A stretch of DNA of 64,000 nt, from the NCBI GenBank assembly GCA_963840785.1, contig CAWJAF010000003.1:23682-87681 (forward strand). Reading direction: 5' to 3'. Source of the stretch: an uncultured Pseudomonadota bacterium. Lineage in GTDB: Bacteria; Pseudomonadota; Gammaproteobacteria; Burkholderiales; JALYOK01. A program made the translations under genes and the position numbers. Positions within the stretch are counted from its first letter, which is position 1, and each line of letters begins with the position of its first letter. The notes under the pieces are model-generated. The model worked only from the letters and a program-made list of their open reading frames with translations, ran no database searches and was not told the DNA's origin. Positions 34,717 through 46,700 of this stretch are shown piece after piece.

Positions 34717-35687
34717 ATGAAGCCAAAAGTTTTAGTCACCCGTGAAATTTTTCCCGAGACGCTTGTTTACCTGCGCGAGCATCTGGATGTCGAAGACAAT
34801 CAATCGGACAACGTGTTAAGTGCTGCCGAATTGGCTGGCGCGGCTTGCTGACAAAGTAGGCGTGATGTCGTCGGGCTCCGATAAAGTCGATGCAGCATTG
34901 CTCGCAATAGTTCCGCATCTCAAAGCGGTATGTAACATCGGCGTGGGTTACAACAATGTCGACGTCAATGCGGCCACGCAGCACAAGATCATGGTCACGA
35001 ATACGCCCGGCGTGCTGGATGAAACCGTCGCCGATACCGCGTTCGCCTACGTGCTCGCCACGGCGAGCCGTATGACCGAGTCGGAGCAATTTTTGCGCAA
35101 TGGCCAAGTGGACAAAAAATACGCTGACGCATAATGCTCGGCCGCGACGTGCATCACGCCACGCTGGGCATTGTCGGCATGGGCCGCATTGGTCAAGCCG
35201 TCGCACGGCGCGCGCGCGGCTTCGACATGGACGTGATTTATTACAATCGCAATCGCGTTGCGGACGACATTGAAAAAGCCTGCAATGCAAAATACGTCAG
35301 CAAACACGACCTGATGAAGCAAGCGGATTTCATTGTGTTGCTAGTTCCGTACACGCCGGAAAATCATCATTTGATCGGCGCAACGGAAATCGCGTTAATG
35401 AAATCTGATGGCGGTGCTGATCAACATCGCGCGCGGCGGCATCGTCGATGAATTGGCGCTTGATCGACGCCTTGAAGAATCGCAAAATATTCGGTGCCGG
35501 TGTCGATGTATTCGAGAACGAGCCGAACTTTCGCAAGGAATTTTTGGAGCTCTCCAATGTAGTATTATTGCCGCATCTTGGCAGCGCCAGCGAAAACACC
35601 CGCCGCGCAATGGCAAATCTCGCGGCCAAGAACTTAGTCGCCGCGCTCACCACGGGCAACCCACCTAATCAAGTGAATAAATTGTAA
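34717..35687 (+). pseudogene. D-isomer-specific 2-hydroxyacid dehydrogenase (glyoxylate/hydroxypyruvate reductase-like) broken by four frame changes
   Basis: Five ORF-track pieces spell one enzyme: MKPKVLVTREIF.. / ..VGYNNVDVNAATQHKIMVTNTPGVLDETVADTAF.. / ..[18 protein letters not shown].. / [14 protein letters not shown] / IDALKNRKIFGAGVDVFENEP..LPHLGSAS. Frames run 1>2>1>2>0, with breaks near 34837, 35128-35134, 35410 and 35462. Confidence 0.8.
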
Positions 35688-35700
35688 TACCCTTTACCTA

Positions 35701-35735
35701 TTGTCATTCTGAGCGAAGCGAAGAATCTGCTTTTG
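35701..35735. repeat. REP-like small palindromic element
   Basis: GTCATTCTGAGCGAAGCGAAGAATCTGC, with an ATTCT/AGAAT stem. This motif class is commonly dispersed in intergenic regions. Confidence 0.35.
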
Positions 35736-35805
35736 ACATCATGCGAAAACTAGCAAAATACAGTTCTGCGCGCTCGCTCTACCCTTCCGCATTAAGGAGC
35801 ACATC

Positions 35806-36693
35806 ATGGCACTAAAAGTTGGTTTCGTTGGCCTGGGCATCATGGGCCGTCCGCAAGCATTGAATCTCATCAAGGGCGGCTATTCCGTCGCGGTTTACGC
35901 GCGCCGCGTAGAATCAATGCAACCGTTGAAAGACGCCGGGGCAATCACCTGCGCGTCGCCAAAAGAAGTTGCTGCGCAATGCGACGTCATCATCACCATG
36001 GTCGCCGACACGCCGGATGTCGAGAACGTTATCTTCGGCGAAGGCGGCATTATTCACGGCGCAAAGTCCGGCTCGGTCGTTATCGACATGAGCACCATCT
36101 CCCCGGTCGCAACCAAGACTATGGCCGAGCGTTTGAAAGCAAAAGGCGTTGACATGATCGATGCACCGGTTTCCGGCGGCGAAGTCGGCGCAGTAAACGG
36201 CACGCTCACGATCATGTGCGGTGGCAAACAAGCCGTGTTCGACAAAGTCAAACCTATCCTCGAATGCATGGGCAAAACCATCACCTTGGTTGGCGATACC
36301 GGCGCCGGACAAGTGGCAAAAGCATGCAATCAAATCGTCGTCGGCGTCAGCATTGAAGCCGTCAGCGAAGCCATGGCGCTAGCGCGGCGCATGGGTGTCG
36401 ATCCCGGCAAAGTACGTGAAGCATTGATGGGTGGATTCGCCGGTAGCAAAATCATGGAAATCCACGGCAAGCGCATGATCGACTATGACTTCAAGCCCGG
36501 CTTCAAAACCAAGCTGCACCAAAAAGACATGAAGATCGTGATGGAAACCGCCGCTTCAATCGGCTTGAATTTGCCTGGTGCAGCACTGTTCGCGCAGCAT
36601 CTCAATGCGCTGATGGGCAGCGGCGACGGCGAGATGGATTCATCGGCCGTGTTGAAAGTGATTGAGCGCGCGAGCTCTGCGAAATCCGCATAA
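35806..36693 (+). CDS. 3-hydroxyisobutyrate / tartronate-semialdehyde reductase family NAD(P) dehydrogenase
   Basis: VGFVGLGIMGRPQALNLIKGGY Rossmann fold. MSTISP, DAPVSGG and KACNQI motifs. Confidence 0.85.
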   Translation: MALKVGFVGLGIMGRPQALNLIKGGYSVAVYARRVESMQPLKDAGAITCASPKEVAAQCDVIITMVADTPDVENVIFGEGGIIHGAKSGSVVIDMSTISPVATKTMAERLKAKGVDMIDAPVSGGEVGAVNGTLTIMCGGKQAVFDKVKPILECMGKTITLVGDTGAGQVAKACNQIVVGVSIEAVSEAMALARRMGVDPGKVREALMGGFAGSKIMEIHGKRMIDYDFKPGFKTKLHQKDMKIVMETAASIGLNLPGAALFAQHLNALMGSGDGEMDSSAVLKVIERASSAKSA

Positions 36694-36735
36694 CCGTCTT
36701 AGAAAGCACTGACGTTACCGTCAATCACGTCAGAA

Positions 36736-37806
<1,071 letters not shown>

Positions 37807-37813
37807 TTACCCT

Positions 37814-39652
37814 CTAGTTTAGGCCGGGAACGCGGTCCAGGCTCGCCAAAAATTTTTCCGGGGCTTGATAGCCGATCACTTTTGCACTTCGCAACTCGGT
37901 GCCTTTTGGATCGAAGAAAATGATTCCGGGCGGGCCAAACAACCCAAATCGCTTTAGCAATTCGCCGTGTTCATCCGAGTTACTCGTGACGTCCGCCTGA
38001 AGAAGGATGGCATCTTTGAGCTTGGCCTGAACTTGGCTATCGGTAAAGGTGTTGTGTTCCATCTCTTTGCACGATATGCACCAGTCAGCATAAAAATCCA
38101 AGATCACTGGCTTGCCCGCAGCGGCGCGAAGTTGGCTATCCAGTTCAGCCACACTGGCGACGCGTTTGAAGTCTAATGACTTATTTACTGGAGACGCGGC
38201 ATTGGCCATCTTGAATCCACCGAGTGGCTGCAGTAGGTCGCGGTTGCCGGATAAGGCACCAACTAACATCGCGATCCCAGCGATTAACGACAATACGCCC
38301 GCGCCCTTGCCAAAACGCAATATGCCGCTTGCACCTTGCGGTAGCGGATCGATTGCGGACAGGTAAATCGCGCACATCACCAACAATGCGCCGATCAACA
38401 GCATGGTGGCGGTCATCGGCATAACCGGCATGACTAACCAGATCGCAACGCCGAGTAACAGTACGCCGAAAACTTTTTTCACTGCGTCCATCCAACCACC
38501 CGCGCGCGGCAGTAATGCACCCGCTGAGGTCCCTATTAACATCAATGGGACACCAATCCCCAAAGCCATGGCAAATAACGCCGATCCTCCTAACACAACA
38601 TCGTGACTTTGGCCGATATACAGCAACGCGCCTGCGAGCGGCGGCGCAACGCAGGGACCAACGATGACGGCCGACAGCGCCCCCATTGTGAACGCGCCGA
38701 ATGTGCTGCCTCCCTTAACTTTGTTACTCGCATCATTAAATTTGCTCTGAATAGAATTCGGTAATTGTAATTCGTAGAAGCCGAACATTGACAGCGACAG
38801 AATTACGAAGACCAACGCGAATCCGCCCAGTACCCAAGGGTTTTGTAGCGCCACCGAAAGCAGCTTGCCGGACAGACCCGCGGCAACTCCGGCGAGCGCA
38901 TAGGTAATGGCCATACCTAACACGTACGACAAGCTCAAAATGAACGCGCGCGATTTTTCGATCTTTTCGCCGCTGCCCACAATGATGCCGGAGAGAATCG
39001 GAATCATCGGGAACACGCAGGGCGTGAATGCGAGTAGCAATCCCGCAACAAAGAATGCCGCGATGACGGTAAAGAAACCGCCGCCTTTGAACATGCCCGC
39101 AATCTTATCGGTCTCCGACGCACTTTCCGCGGATGCGGCGGAATCGCCAGTGGGGCCGACGGTCTGCGCCTGGGCAGATGAGATGATCGAACCCTCGACC
39201 GCGATATTCGCGTTTATGTGTTCCAATCCGCTCCACTTAAACGACTTAGTGATCGGCCGATAACACAATCCTTGTTCGCTGCAGCCGCGATAGGTCGCAG
39301 TGATGTCGGCGGTTGCGATTGTAGAAGCATCGCCGTCTACTCTGACCTCGCCTTGAACTCGATTGTGAAAAATCGCGACCTCGCCGAAATTCGGATCGGA
39401 CTTCGTCTCGCCTTGCGGAAGAATCAGTCGCGACGGCATTTCGTTCGAACCATTCTTGACCACGATTTTCAGATGGTCGCGATACAGGTAATGGTGTGGC
39501 GCGGCTTCAAAAGTAGCGATGAGTTTGTTGTCGCCTGTTCGCTGGACACTGAACTTGAATGCATCATCCGGCTGCAAGAAGCTATCTTCGCCTACTTCCG
39601 CCACGGCGAGCAACGGACACAATGCCAATAACATAAACAAAATTCGTTTCAT
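37814..39652 (-). CDS. dsbD: Thiol:disulfide interchange protein DsbD (periplasmic N-domain, TM core, C-terminal thioredoxin domain)
   Basis: ATG 39652 after GGAGA gives MKRILFMLLALCPLLAVA. TM core with AFTPCVFPMIPIL and VGPCVAPPL. C-terminal DFYADWCISCKEME. The 118 codons upstream in the ORF track overlap the neighbouring gene and are not coding. Confidence 0.9.
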   Translation of the reverse strand: MKRILFMLLALCPLLAVAEVGEDSFLQPDDAFKFSVQRTGDNKLIATFEAAPHHYLYRDHLKIVVKNGSNEMPSRLILPQGETKSDPNFGEVAIFHNRVQGEVRVDGDASTIATADITATYRGCSEQGLCYRPITKSFKWSGLEHINANIAVEGSIISSAQAQTVGPTGDSAASAESASETDKIAGMFKGGGFFTVIAAFFVAGLLLAFTPCVFPMIPILSGIIVGSGEKIEKSRAFILSLSYVLGMAITYALAGVAAGLSGKLLSVALQNPWVLGGFALVFVILSLSMFGFYELQLPNSIQSKFNDASNKVKGGSTFGAFTMGALSAVIVGPCVAPPLAGALLYIGQSHDVVLGGSALFAMALGIGVPLMLIGTSAGALLPRAGGWMDAVKKVFGVLLLGVAIWLVMPVMPMTATMLLIGALLVMCAIYLSAIDPLPQGASGILRFGKGAGVLSLIAGIAMLVGALSGNRDLLQPLGGFKMANAASPVNKSLDFKRVASVAELDSQLRAAAGKPVILDFYADWCISCKEMEHNTFTDSQVQAKLKDAILLQADVTSNSDEHGELLKRFGLFGPPGIIFFDPKGTELRSAKVIGYQAPEKFLASLDRVPGLN

Positions 39653-39689
39653 AATTTCTCCTAATGCAAAGGATTCAAGTTCATTCAAA

Positions 39690-40862
39690 TTAAAACTTTT
39701 TACTGATTCCGACTTGCCACCATTTGGCGGTGAAGTTTTCGATGCCGGGACTGCCGTCGCCACCGAGACGCCAGGAGCTGCGCTGCTGATACCAGTCGTA
39801 TTTAAAATCGATAGTCCAATCGTGAGCAAATACTTTTGCGACTTTAAATCCCAGCGTGACGGCGCCGAAAGCAGAAAGGCGGGAGTCAGCGGAAAAATTC
39901 GTCGCCGTCGCCGCACCGACAAAATCCAGCGGCGGATCGCGATAGAAATTTGCGGCGCGTTGTGTGTAGTAGCGTATCGAGGGTCGCAAAGTCCAACCAG
40001 TACCAACCGGCTGATACCAAGCAGTTTCTATCGTGTGCGCGGCAATACCCCAATCGTTTTTGAAGTATCGATAACTCGTATGCAACGCCCCACCGACGCC
40101 GGCAAAAAAATGGTTGTAGCGCGTCAGCCACGCCCACGCGGTCCGTGAGTTCGGACGCTTATCAAAATCCTTATAGGGATCGGAAAAGTATCCTTTACCG
40201 ATCGAAACCGTGAGATTCGATTGGATCAAATCGTTGGGCGTGAGTACCTGAGTAATGCCGATTAAGCCATCGGTCGTCCGACGTTTTTCCTGCAAAGTAG
40301 CATTATTGGAAGAACCGATTTCGTCGTCCGAATAACCAACACCCGCGGCATACGTCGTGTTGTTGTTCGCACTCGACAATCGCCCATCTAAACTAATCGC
40401 GTTGGATTCATAGTCATGCTCTTTCGATCCGGCAATACCGACGCCGATAGCGGCACGATCGAGAAACGCCGTGACTTTTAAATCGCCGGCTTTGCGGTAA
40501 TCACGAATGCCCACACCTGACGCGCCGGATAAGGTGTTGTATGCACGCGGCGATGCGCCCGACATCGAGTCCAAAACGAACGCGCCTTCAATGGAATAAT
40601 TCTCCTTGATCGGTGTCAAAAAAAACATCGCCGGACTGCTTACTTTCATGCGTTCGCCGGTCTGCTGATTTTCTTTGTATTGAAGAAACTTAAAACCGAT
40701 CGTGGTTTTTTCGGGCACTGCTTCAGCCTTCGCAACTGGCGTTGCCACAATGCCCGGCAATGCCAATGCCGCCGCCATCAGCGAATTGGCCAATAACGAG
40801 CCGCTATTCGTCGCTGCCCTAGCTTGAACTGGCAACCCCTTAGATTTTTTCTTTAGTTGCAT
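39690..40862 (-). CDS. DUF3570-family predicted outer-membrane protein
   Basis: Signal peptide ends AKA/EAV. Beta-rich and Tyr/Gly-rich. Ends WWQVGISKKF (terminal Phe). Contains DSMSGAS (40571-40551). Family call is from memory. Confidence 0.65.
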   Translation of the reverse strand: MQLKKKSKGLPVQARAATNSGSLLANSLMAAALALPGIVATPVAKAEAVPEKTTIGFKFLQYKENQQTGERMKVSSPAMFFLTPIKENYSIEGAFVLDSMSGASPRAYNTLSGASGVGIRDYRKAGDLKVTAFLDRAAIGVGIAGSKEHDYESNAISLDGRLSSANNNTTYAAGVGYSDDEIGSSNNATLQEKRRTTDGLIGITQVLTPNDLIQSNLTVSIGKGYFSDPYKDFDKRPNSRTAWAWLTRYNHFFAGVGGALHTSYRYFKNDWGIAAHTIETAWYQPVGTGWTLRPSIRYYTQRAANFYRDPPLDFVGAATATNFSADSRLSAFGAVTLGFKVAKVFAHDWTIDFKYDWYQQRSSWRLGGDGSPGIENFTAKWWQVGISKKF

Positions 40863-41068
40863 CCGCAACCTCCACCGCCCACCCCAGATCCACCCGATGC
40901 GGATTCTTTACTGAAATAGGTGTGTTGATCAAAGCGTGTTTCCAACGAATCGGTATCAAGCGCCATAATCGGCTTGGCTAGATTGCCCTTTTGCCAAGGA
41001 TTTACAGGCTGCAGCGAACATGCTGACAAAAGCGTAAGGCACAACAATATGAGACTGGATCGAATCAT
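40853..41068 (-). CDS. DUF4266-family small lipoprotein
   Basis: Lipobox LLSAC. 71 aa. Ends ASGGSGVGGGGCGCN. Overlaps the DUF3570 gene start. Confidence 0.65.
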   Translation of the reverse strand: MIRSSLILLCLTLLSACSLQPVNPWQKGNLAKPIMALDTDSLETRFDQHTYFSKESASGGSGVGGGGCGCN

Positions 41069-41089
41069 CGCGTCGGTTCCTAACTAGAT

Positions 41090-41617
41090 TTATTTAGCCT
41101 GCAACAACTGCTTAATTTTCGCTTCTAGTTCTGCCGCTTCACCGTCTTTAAATCCACGATGAACAAGATTCACTTTGCCGGTACGATCGATGAGGTAAGA
41201 ACTCGGCATGCCTTGAAGATCGTAGGTGTTGGCGACTTTGCCTTCAGGGTCGAGCAACACGGTAAATTCCGCGGGTGTGGTCGCAAGAAAACTATCGGCG
41301 TCCGCTTTCGTCGCATCGACGTTCACACCGACGACTTCGAAGCCATCTTTTCCATATTTTTTTTGCAATTCATTGAGCCAAGGGAAGGTCTTTTTACAAG
41401 GCCCGCACCAGGACGCCCAAAAATCGAGATAGACGACTTTGCCCTTGTAGTTCGATAGCTTGACGCTATCTTGCTTCAAGCTCGGCAACTGAAAATCCGG
41501 CGCCTGCTTACCTTGATCGACCGCGAAGGCCGCGACCGGCAAAGCAAAGACCGCGACAAGGGCCAATTTTCTAACACTGGCTTTTGCGAAGATTGAAACA
41601 CTTGAATTAAATATCAT
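41090..41617 (-). CDS. TlpA/ResA-like periplasmic thiol:disulfide oxidoreductase
   Basis: Signal/anchor, then [21 protein letters not shown] (CxxC). ATG overlaps the upstream gene's TGA. Confidence 0.85.
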   Translation of the reverse strand: MIFNSSVSIFAKASVRKLALVAVFALPVAAFAVDQGKQAPDFQLPSLKQDSVKLSNYKGKVVYLDFWASWCGPCKKTFPWLNELQKKYGKDGFEVVGVNVDATKADADSFLATTPAEFTVLLDPEGKVANTYDLQGMPSSYLIDRTGKVNLVHRGFKDGEAAELEAKIKQLLQAK

Positions 41618-43548
41618 CGATATCTCCTGGCATAAATTAAATTCTGATTATTGAAATGAATGCCGTTCTTGTCCGCGTTTGGCATACGGCGATACCTCAA
41701 ATTCATTCGCCGCCGCGCCAAAATCGTTGTCAGACTAAATAAGAACAGCGCCGCTAAGATCGGATCGAAACTTTGGCTCGATTGAATCGAGCAACCACCG
41801 GCGCCGACGTTTGTCGCAGGCGTGGAAGTTGTTGGAGGTCCTGCGACGGCGGAACCGCTGCCGCTCAACGGTACCGTAAGCGTGGTGCCCGTTGCATTCG
41901 TCGTCACGATTAGGTTCGCAGTTTCGTGCCCCGGCAGCGGTCGGCAAAAATTTGATTGACACATCGCACGAAGCCGACGCTGGCAAGATGCCGCACACGC
42001 GTTAGCAGCACTGTTGTCGACGCTGTATTCGTCGGCGTTAGCTCCGGCAATTCCGATCGAAGCGATGGTCAACACTTCCGTCGCGCTGCTGTTGGTAATC
42101 GTCAATATTTTCGCAGCACTGGTTGTGTTGAGGTCTTGATTGCCAAAGTCGATACTTGGTACGCTCAGCGTGGGTGTCGGGAGCGCGACAGCGACGCCAG
42201 TGCCGGAGAGATCAATTCGCTGCGTCGCATTCACGACGTTCCCGGCGTCATCAGTAATTGTGATCGTCGCGCTTTTCGCGCCAACCGAGGCTGGATTGAA
42301 TGCCACGATAACAGTGCAGCTCGCACCGATCGCGATCGCGCCGCTTGCGCAAGTGCCGGTGCGCAGGAATTCCGTGCCATTGCTGTCTTGGATATTTGAA
42401 ATCGTTAAGGGTTTGGTGCCACCGTTACTCAACGTAACTGTTTTCGTCGTGCTTGCGGTGCCGATAGTTTGATCGCCGAACGATGGCAACGTCGACGGCG
42501 AAAATGTTGCCGCGGGCGTCGGCGTCGATGCAGCAAGGCCCAGGCCACTCAAATTAATGGTCGCGGGACTCGCCGTGCCGTTATAGGCGATCGACAACGC
42601 ACCCGCTTTTGCGCCTGCCGATCCGGGCGTAAACATGACACTGAGCGTACAAGTTTGACCGGCGGCTACAGACGTTCCCGCTTTGCAGGCCGTAGGGGAT
42701 GTCTGGTCTAACGTAAAGTCCGCCGGCAGTGTAAATGCGGAAAACGTCAAAGCTGCAACACCGCTATTGGTCAACGTGACGTTGCCGCTAGTCGCGGCAC
42801 TGGAAGCGCTGACCGTGGTATTGGGGAAAGTCAATCCGCCCGAAGGCGCATTCAGGCTCACGCTCGCCGAACCGCTGATGGTGCCGGAAACGGCCACATT
42901 TTGGCTGCCGCCATTGTAGGCGATGGCCAACGTACCGGTTTTTGCGCCCGCGACGCCTGTGAGCAAGGAAACAGCAATCGTACAGTTCGCGTTCGAAGCA
43001 ACGGCTGCGGTGCAATTATTCGCAACTCCGAAATCCGCAGCGGCAAGACCAGTCGCCGATGTGACGGACAGATCCGTGAGGCCGGTATTGGATATTGTGA
43101 TTGTCTTCGTTGGCGCGGGGCTCGCGCCGAACGCTGTCGTCGCGAAAGCCAGCGTTGTAGCCGAAGCAGAGAGAATGGCGCCGGCTGTAGGATTAGCGAT
43201 ATACGCGGCCATGTCCGAAAGTTCAGCATCTGTGAGAGCGGTACCGCCGAATGTTGGATTCACCCCACTATTCACCGGGCCAAAATGTGCCATGGTACCG
43301 ACACCACCATTGATTGCCGCCTTGGTATTTGCCCAATTGGTCCCATTAAGTATCTTGTTTAGATTCAGGGCTGGATTTGTTCCATGACACGTCGACGTCG
43401 CACAATCGTCGAGAGCAGAAATGTTGTATATGTTCGGCGTATTGACATAAAGTGCTTTGCCATTCGCCAAATTTGCAGCGACAGCGCTTTGGCTCGGGGC
43501 CAAACTACATCCCAACAAACTAGCTATCAAAATTCGAGAAAAAGACAT
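41614..43548 (-). CDS. Large secreted protein A: cytochrome c-like N-module with CX4CH, four choice-of-anchor-D-like Ig repeats, GGC/TM/RRR tail
   Basis: LLGC lipobox-like signal. GKALYV...[13 protein letters not shown]...TMAHF...[16 protein letters not shown]. Repeats carry two Cys each. Tail [33 protein letters not shown] (41805-41707), followed by 30 odd residues up to the tlpA overlap. A local frame excursion occurs at 41922-41994. Confidence 0.7.
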   Translation of the reverse strand: MSFSRILIASLLGCSLAPSQSAVAANLANGKALYVNTPNIYNISALDDCATSTCHGTNPALNLNKILNGTNWANTKAAINGGVGTMAHFGPVNSGVNPTFGGTALTDAELSDMAAYIANPTAGAILSASATTLAFATTAFGASPAPTKTITISNTGLTDLSVTSATGLAAADFGVANNCTAAVASNANCTIAVSLLTGVAGAKTGTLAIAYNGGSQNVAVSGTISGSASVSLNAPSGGLTFPNTTVSASSAATSGNVTLTNSGVAALTFSAFTLPADFTLDQTSPTACKAGTSVAAGQTCTLSVMFTPGSAGAKAGALSIAYNGTASPATINLSGLGLAASTPTPAATFSPSTLPSFGDQTIGTASTTKTVTLSNGGTKPLTISNIQDSNGTEFLRTGTCASGAIAIGASCTVIVAFNPASVGAKSATITITDDAGNVVNATQRIDLSGTGVAVALPTPTLSVPSIDFGNQDLNTTSAAKILTITNSSATEVLTIASIGIAGANADEYSVDNSAANACAASCQRRLRAMCQSNFCRPLPGHETANLIVTTNATGTTLTVPLSGSGSAVAGPPTTSTPATNVGAGGCSIQSSQSFDPILAALFLFSLTTILARRRMNLRYRRMPNADKNGIHFNNQNLIYARRYR

Positions 43549-43763
43549 CCTTGCTCCTTGTACATGGAACCTCCAGTCCTATAACCAGCCGAGTGTGAGT
43601 TCGTTTATTTTTTGATTGACTGGACGGCTTGCTAAAAAGCCCATTACCCGGTTCCAACTCTTGTCAGAAAACCAAATACCTAGGTCAAACTTTTCGATTC
43701 ATTCACATTTATCGATTGCAATGATTAAGGGTGCGCAGTTAATACACCGCGCACCCTCGATTG

Positions 43764-46700
43764 CTATTGCTGGCGTTTACGAACTACCAGACCTAATCCT
43801 GACAATAAGAACAACGCGATTAGCGCAAGATCGGCCTCGCCATGTTTCAACATCACGCAACCACCGCCGCCACTACCGGAATTAGTGGTAGGTGTTCCGC
43901 CGGTATCGGCTGCTGCGGCATGACCCTTTAGCTTGACCAGTTCGGTCGTGCCGTCAGAATCATTGTTGACTTCAAGATCGTCCTCGTGATCGCCTATCGC
44001 CGTGGGTTTGTATGTAACCTTGATCGTGCATGACGCGCTCGGCGCAAGCGCGGTGCCGCATGAGTTCGTCACGACGGCAAAGTTGTCACCTTGCTTAACG
44101 GCGATCTTGCCGAGTTTCAGGTCCGCTGTACCAACGTTTTTCAGCGTTATTTCCAACTGCGCGCTGATTTGCCCAGCCTTGGTGGTCTCAAACTCTAACG
44201 AAATGGCCGGTATGCTCAGGATCGGCGTCCCAGCCGTTGCTGTCACACCTTTGCCTGTTAGTGCCACCGAATCCATTCCGTCGCCAGCGTCCGTCGAGAT
44301 GTCAACCGTTGCGCTGCGACTACCGGCGACGGTTGGTTTAAACGTGACATTGATCGTGCAAGTGGCGCCCGCAGCAAGCGCCGTTCCGCAGCCGTTGGTT
44401 TGGCTGAAGTCCGCCGTTCTGCGTGCCTGCAATCGCAATCGACTTCACTTGCATTGCACCGTTGCCGGTGTTTTTCAATGTAATGATTTGTGCGGCAGAT
44501 GCGGAACTAATCACTTGGTCGGCGAACGCAAGCGATGCCGGCGACACCGACAGTATTGGCGTAGCAACTGCGACACCGGTTCCGGTCAGCGTGATCGTGT
44601 CCGGGCCACCGATGGCGTCCGACATGATCGTAACAGTGCCGGTTCTCGCGCCAGCAACTGTTGGTGTGAAGGTAACGGAAATCAAGCAAGGCACGCCGAC
44701 TAGCACTTGCGTGCCGCAAGTGTTAGTTTGCGCAAAATCGCCACTTGCAACGATGCTAGTGATATGCAGCGTTGCCGTACCGCTGTTCGACAACGGTGAC
44801 TGTCTTGACGCCGCTCGTCACGCCCACGGTTTGATTACCAAACGCGAGACTTGCCGGCGTTAGTGAAACATCCGGTGCCGCAACTGCGATGCCGGTACCT
44901 TCAAGTGCCGTTGCCAACACGCTCGAGTTCGACGCCACGTTCAACGAAGCGGTGCGCAGCGCCGCCACGGTGGGCTTGAACGTTACGCTGATCGTGCAGC
45001 TTGCGCCGGCGGCTAGTGTTGCGACACAGGTGCTTGTTGCTTTCGAGAAATCAGCCGAGTTCGTTCCACCAATCGTAATGCTGCTGATATTTAATGCAGC
45101 CGACGCGCTCGTATTCTTGAGCGTCACCAATTGCGCCGCGCTGGTGGTATTGATGGTTTGGTTGCCAAAGCTTAACTTCGCTGGCAGCAACGTGGCCGTG
45201 GGTAACGGCGCTGTGGTGCCGGTGCCGGTCAATGCGATACTTCTCGGGCTGCCACCTGCGTTATCGGTAATGGTCAACGCGCCGGTTCGAGCACCTGCCA
45301 CCGTGGGCTTGAATGTGACCGTGATGGTGCAGTTCGCTGCCGGAGCAACAGAGCTGCCGTTGGCGCAGGTACCGCCAGACTTGGCGTAATCACCGCTGAC
45401 AACTATCGTCGACAACACTAACGCTGTGTTGCCGGTATTGCTAACGGTAACGGTCTGCGCGGCGCTCGTGGTATTGATCTGGACGTTGCCAAAGGTCAAG
45501 CTGGCAGGCAGCGGACCCACGACAGGAGCTGCCGCAGCGACACCACTACCGGTTAGGGCGATGGCATGCGGGCTACCGGTCGCGTTGTTGGTAATGGTGA
45601 TCGATCCCGTCTTGCTCGCAACCGTTGTCGGTGTAAACGTGACGTTGATGGTGCAGCCCAATCCGGTGCCGAGGCTGGCGCCGCAGTTGTTGCTTTGCGC
45701 GAACTCACCTGACGCTGCGATAGTGCTAATCGTCAGCGCAGCGTTGCCGGAGTTGGTCAACGTGATCGTCTTCGCCGCGCTGGTCACGTTAATCATTTGG
45801 CTGCCGAATGCGAGGCTCGTGGGCGTGAGGCTGACTTGCGGCGTCGCAACCACGGTGCCCGTGCCACTTAAGGCGATATTTGCAGCCGGCGCATTCGATG
45901 TAATTGCAACCGAACCGGCGCGCGCACCGGCGGCCGATGGCGTAAAGGTGACCGCGATAGTGCACGTCGCGTTCGCCGCAACGGTTGCACCGTTGGCGCA
46001 AGTTCCCGATTTGGCGAAATCAGCGCCATTCGTACCACCCACGCTAATGGTTGTCAGCACGAGATTCGCTATGCCGGTATTTTTCAGCGTGACGGTTTGT
46101 GCCGGGCTCGGTGAGCCGACGGTGACATTGCCGAAAGCCAAGCCAGTATTGGGCGTCAGCGTAATCGCAGGTGCAGCCGCTGCAACGCCTGTGCCCGAGA
46201 GCGAGACTGCATGCGGACTTCCGGCGGCGTTATCGGACACGGAAATCGTTCCGGTTTTCGCGCCGAGCGTCGTGGGCTTAAAGCTCACACTGATACTGCA
46301 ACTTAGGCCCGCGCCGAGACTCGCACCGCAAGCATTAGTTTGCGCAAAATCGGCGGACGATGAAGCAATGCCGCCGATCGTAAGCACGCCGGTACCGGTA
46401 TTTTTCAGCGTGACGACTTGCGTTGCGCTGGTGGTATTAATCTGTTGATTGCCTAAGGCAAGCGGCGACGGTGTTAGCGACACACCCGGTGTTGCCGGCG
46501 CGGTGCCAGTGCCGGAAAGCGGCAGCGTGTGTGGGTTGCCGCTCGCGTTATCGGCAAAGGAAAGGCTTGCGCTGCGCGCGCCGACTGCGGCGGGCGTAAA
46601 GGTAACGTTAACCGTACATGATGCGGCAGCGGCCAAGGTCGCGCCGCAGGTCGTTGTTCCTTTGGTGAAGTCGGTTGCGTTCGTGCCGGTTACGGTCATG

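Noticed and set aside
39653-40006. N-terminal 118 codons of the DsbD ORF as listed, and the 209-aa plus ORF 39519..40148
   Set aside because: This stretch overlaps the 3' end of the DUF3570 gene. DsbD has a proper SD, ATG and signal peptide at 39652. The plus-strand ORF is antisense noise.
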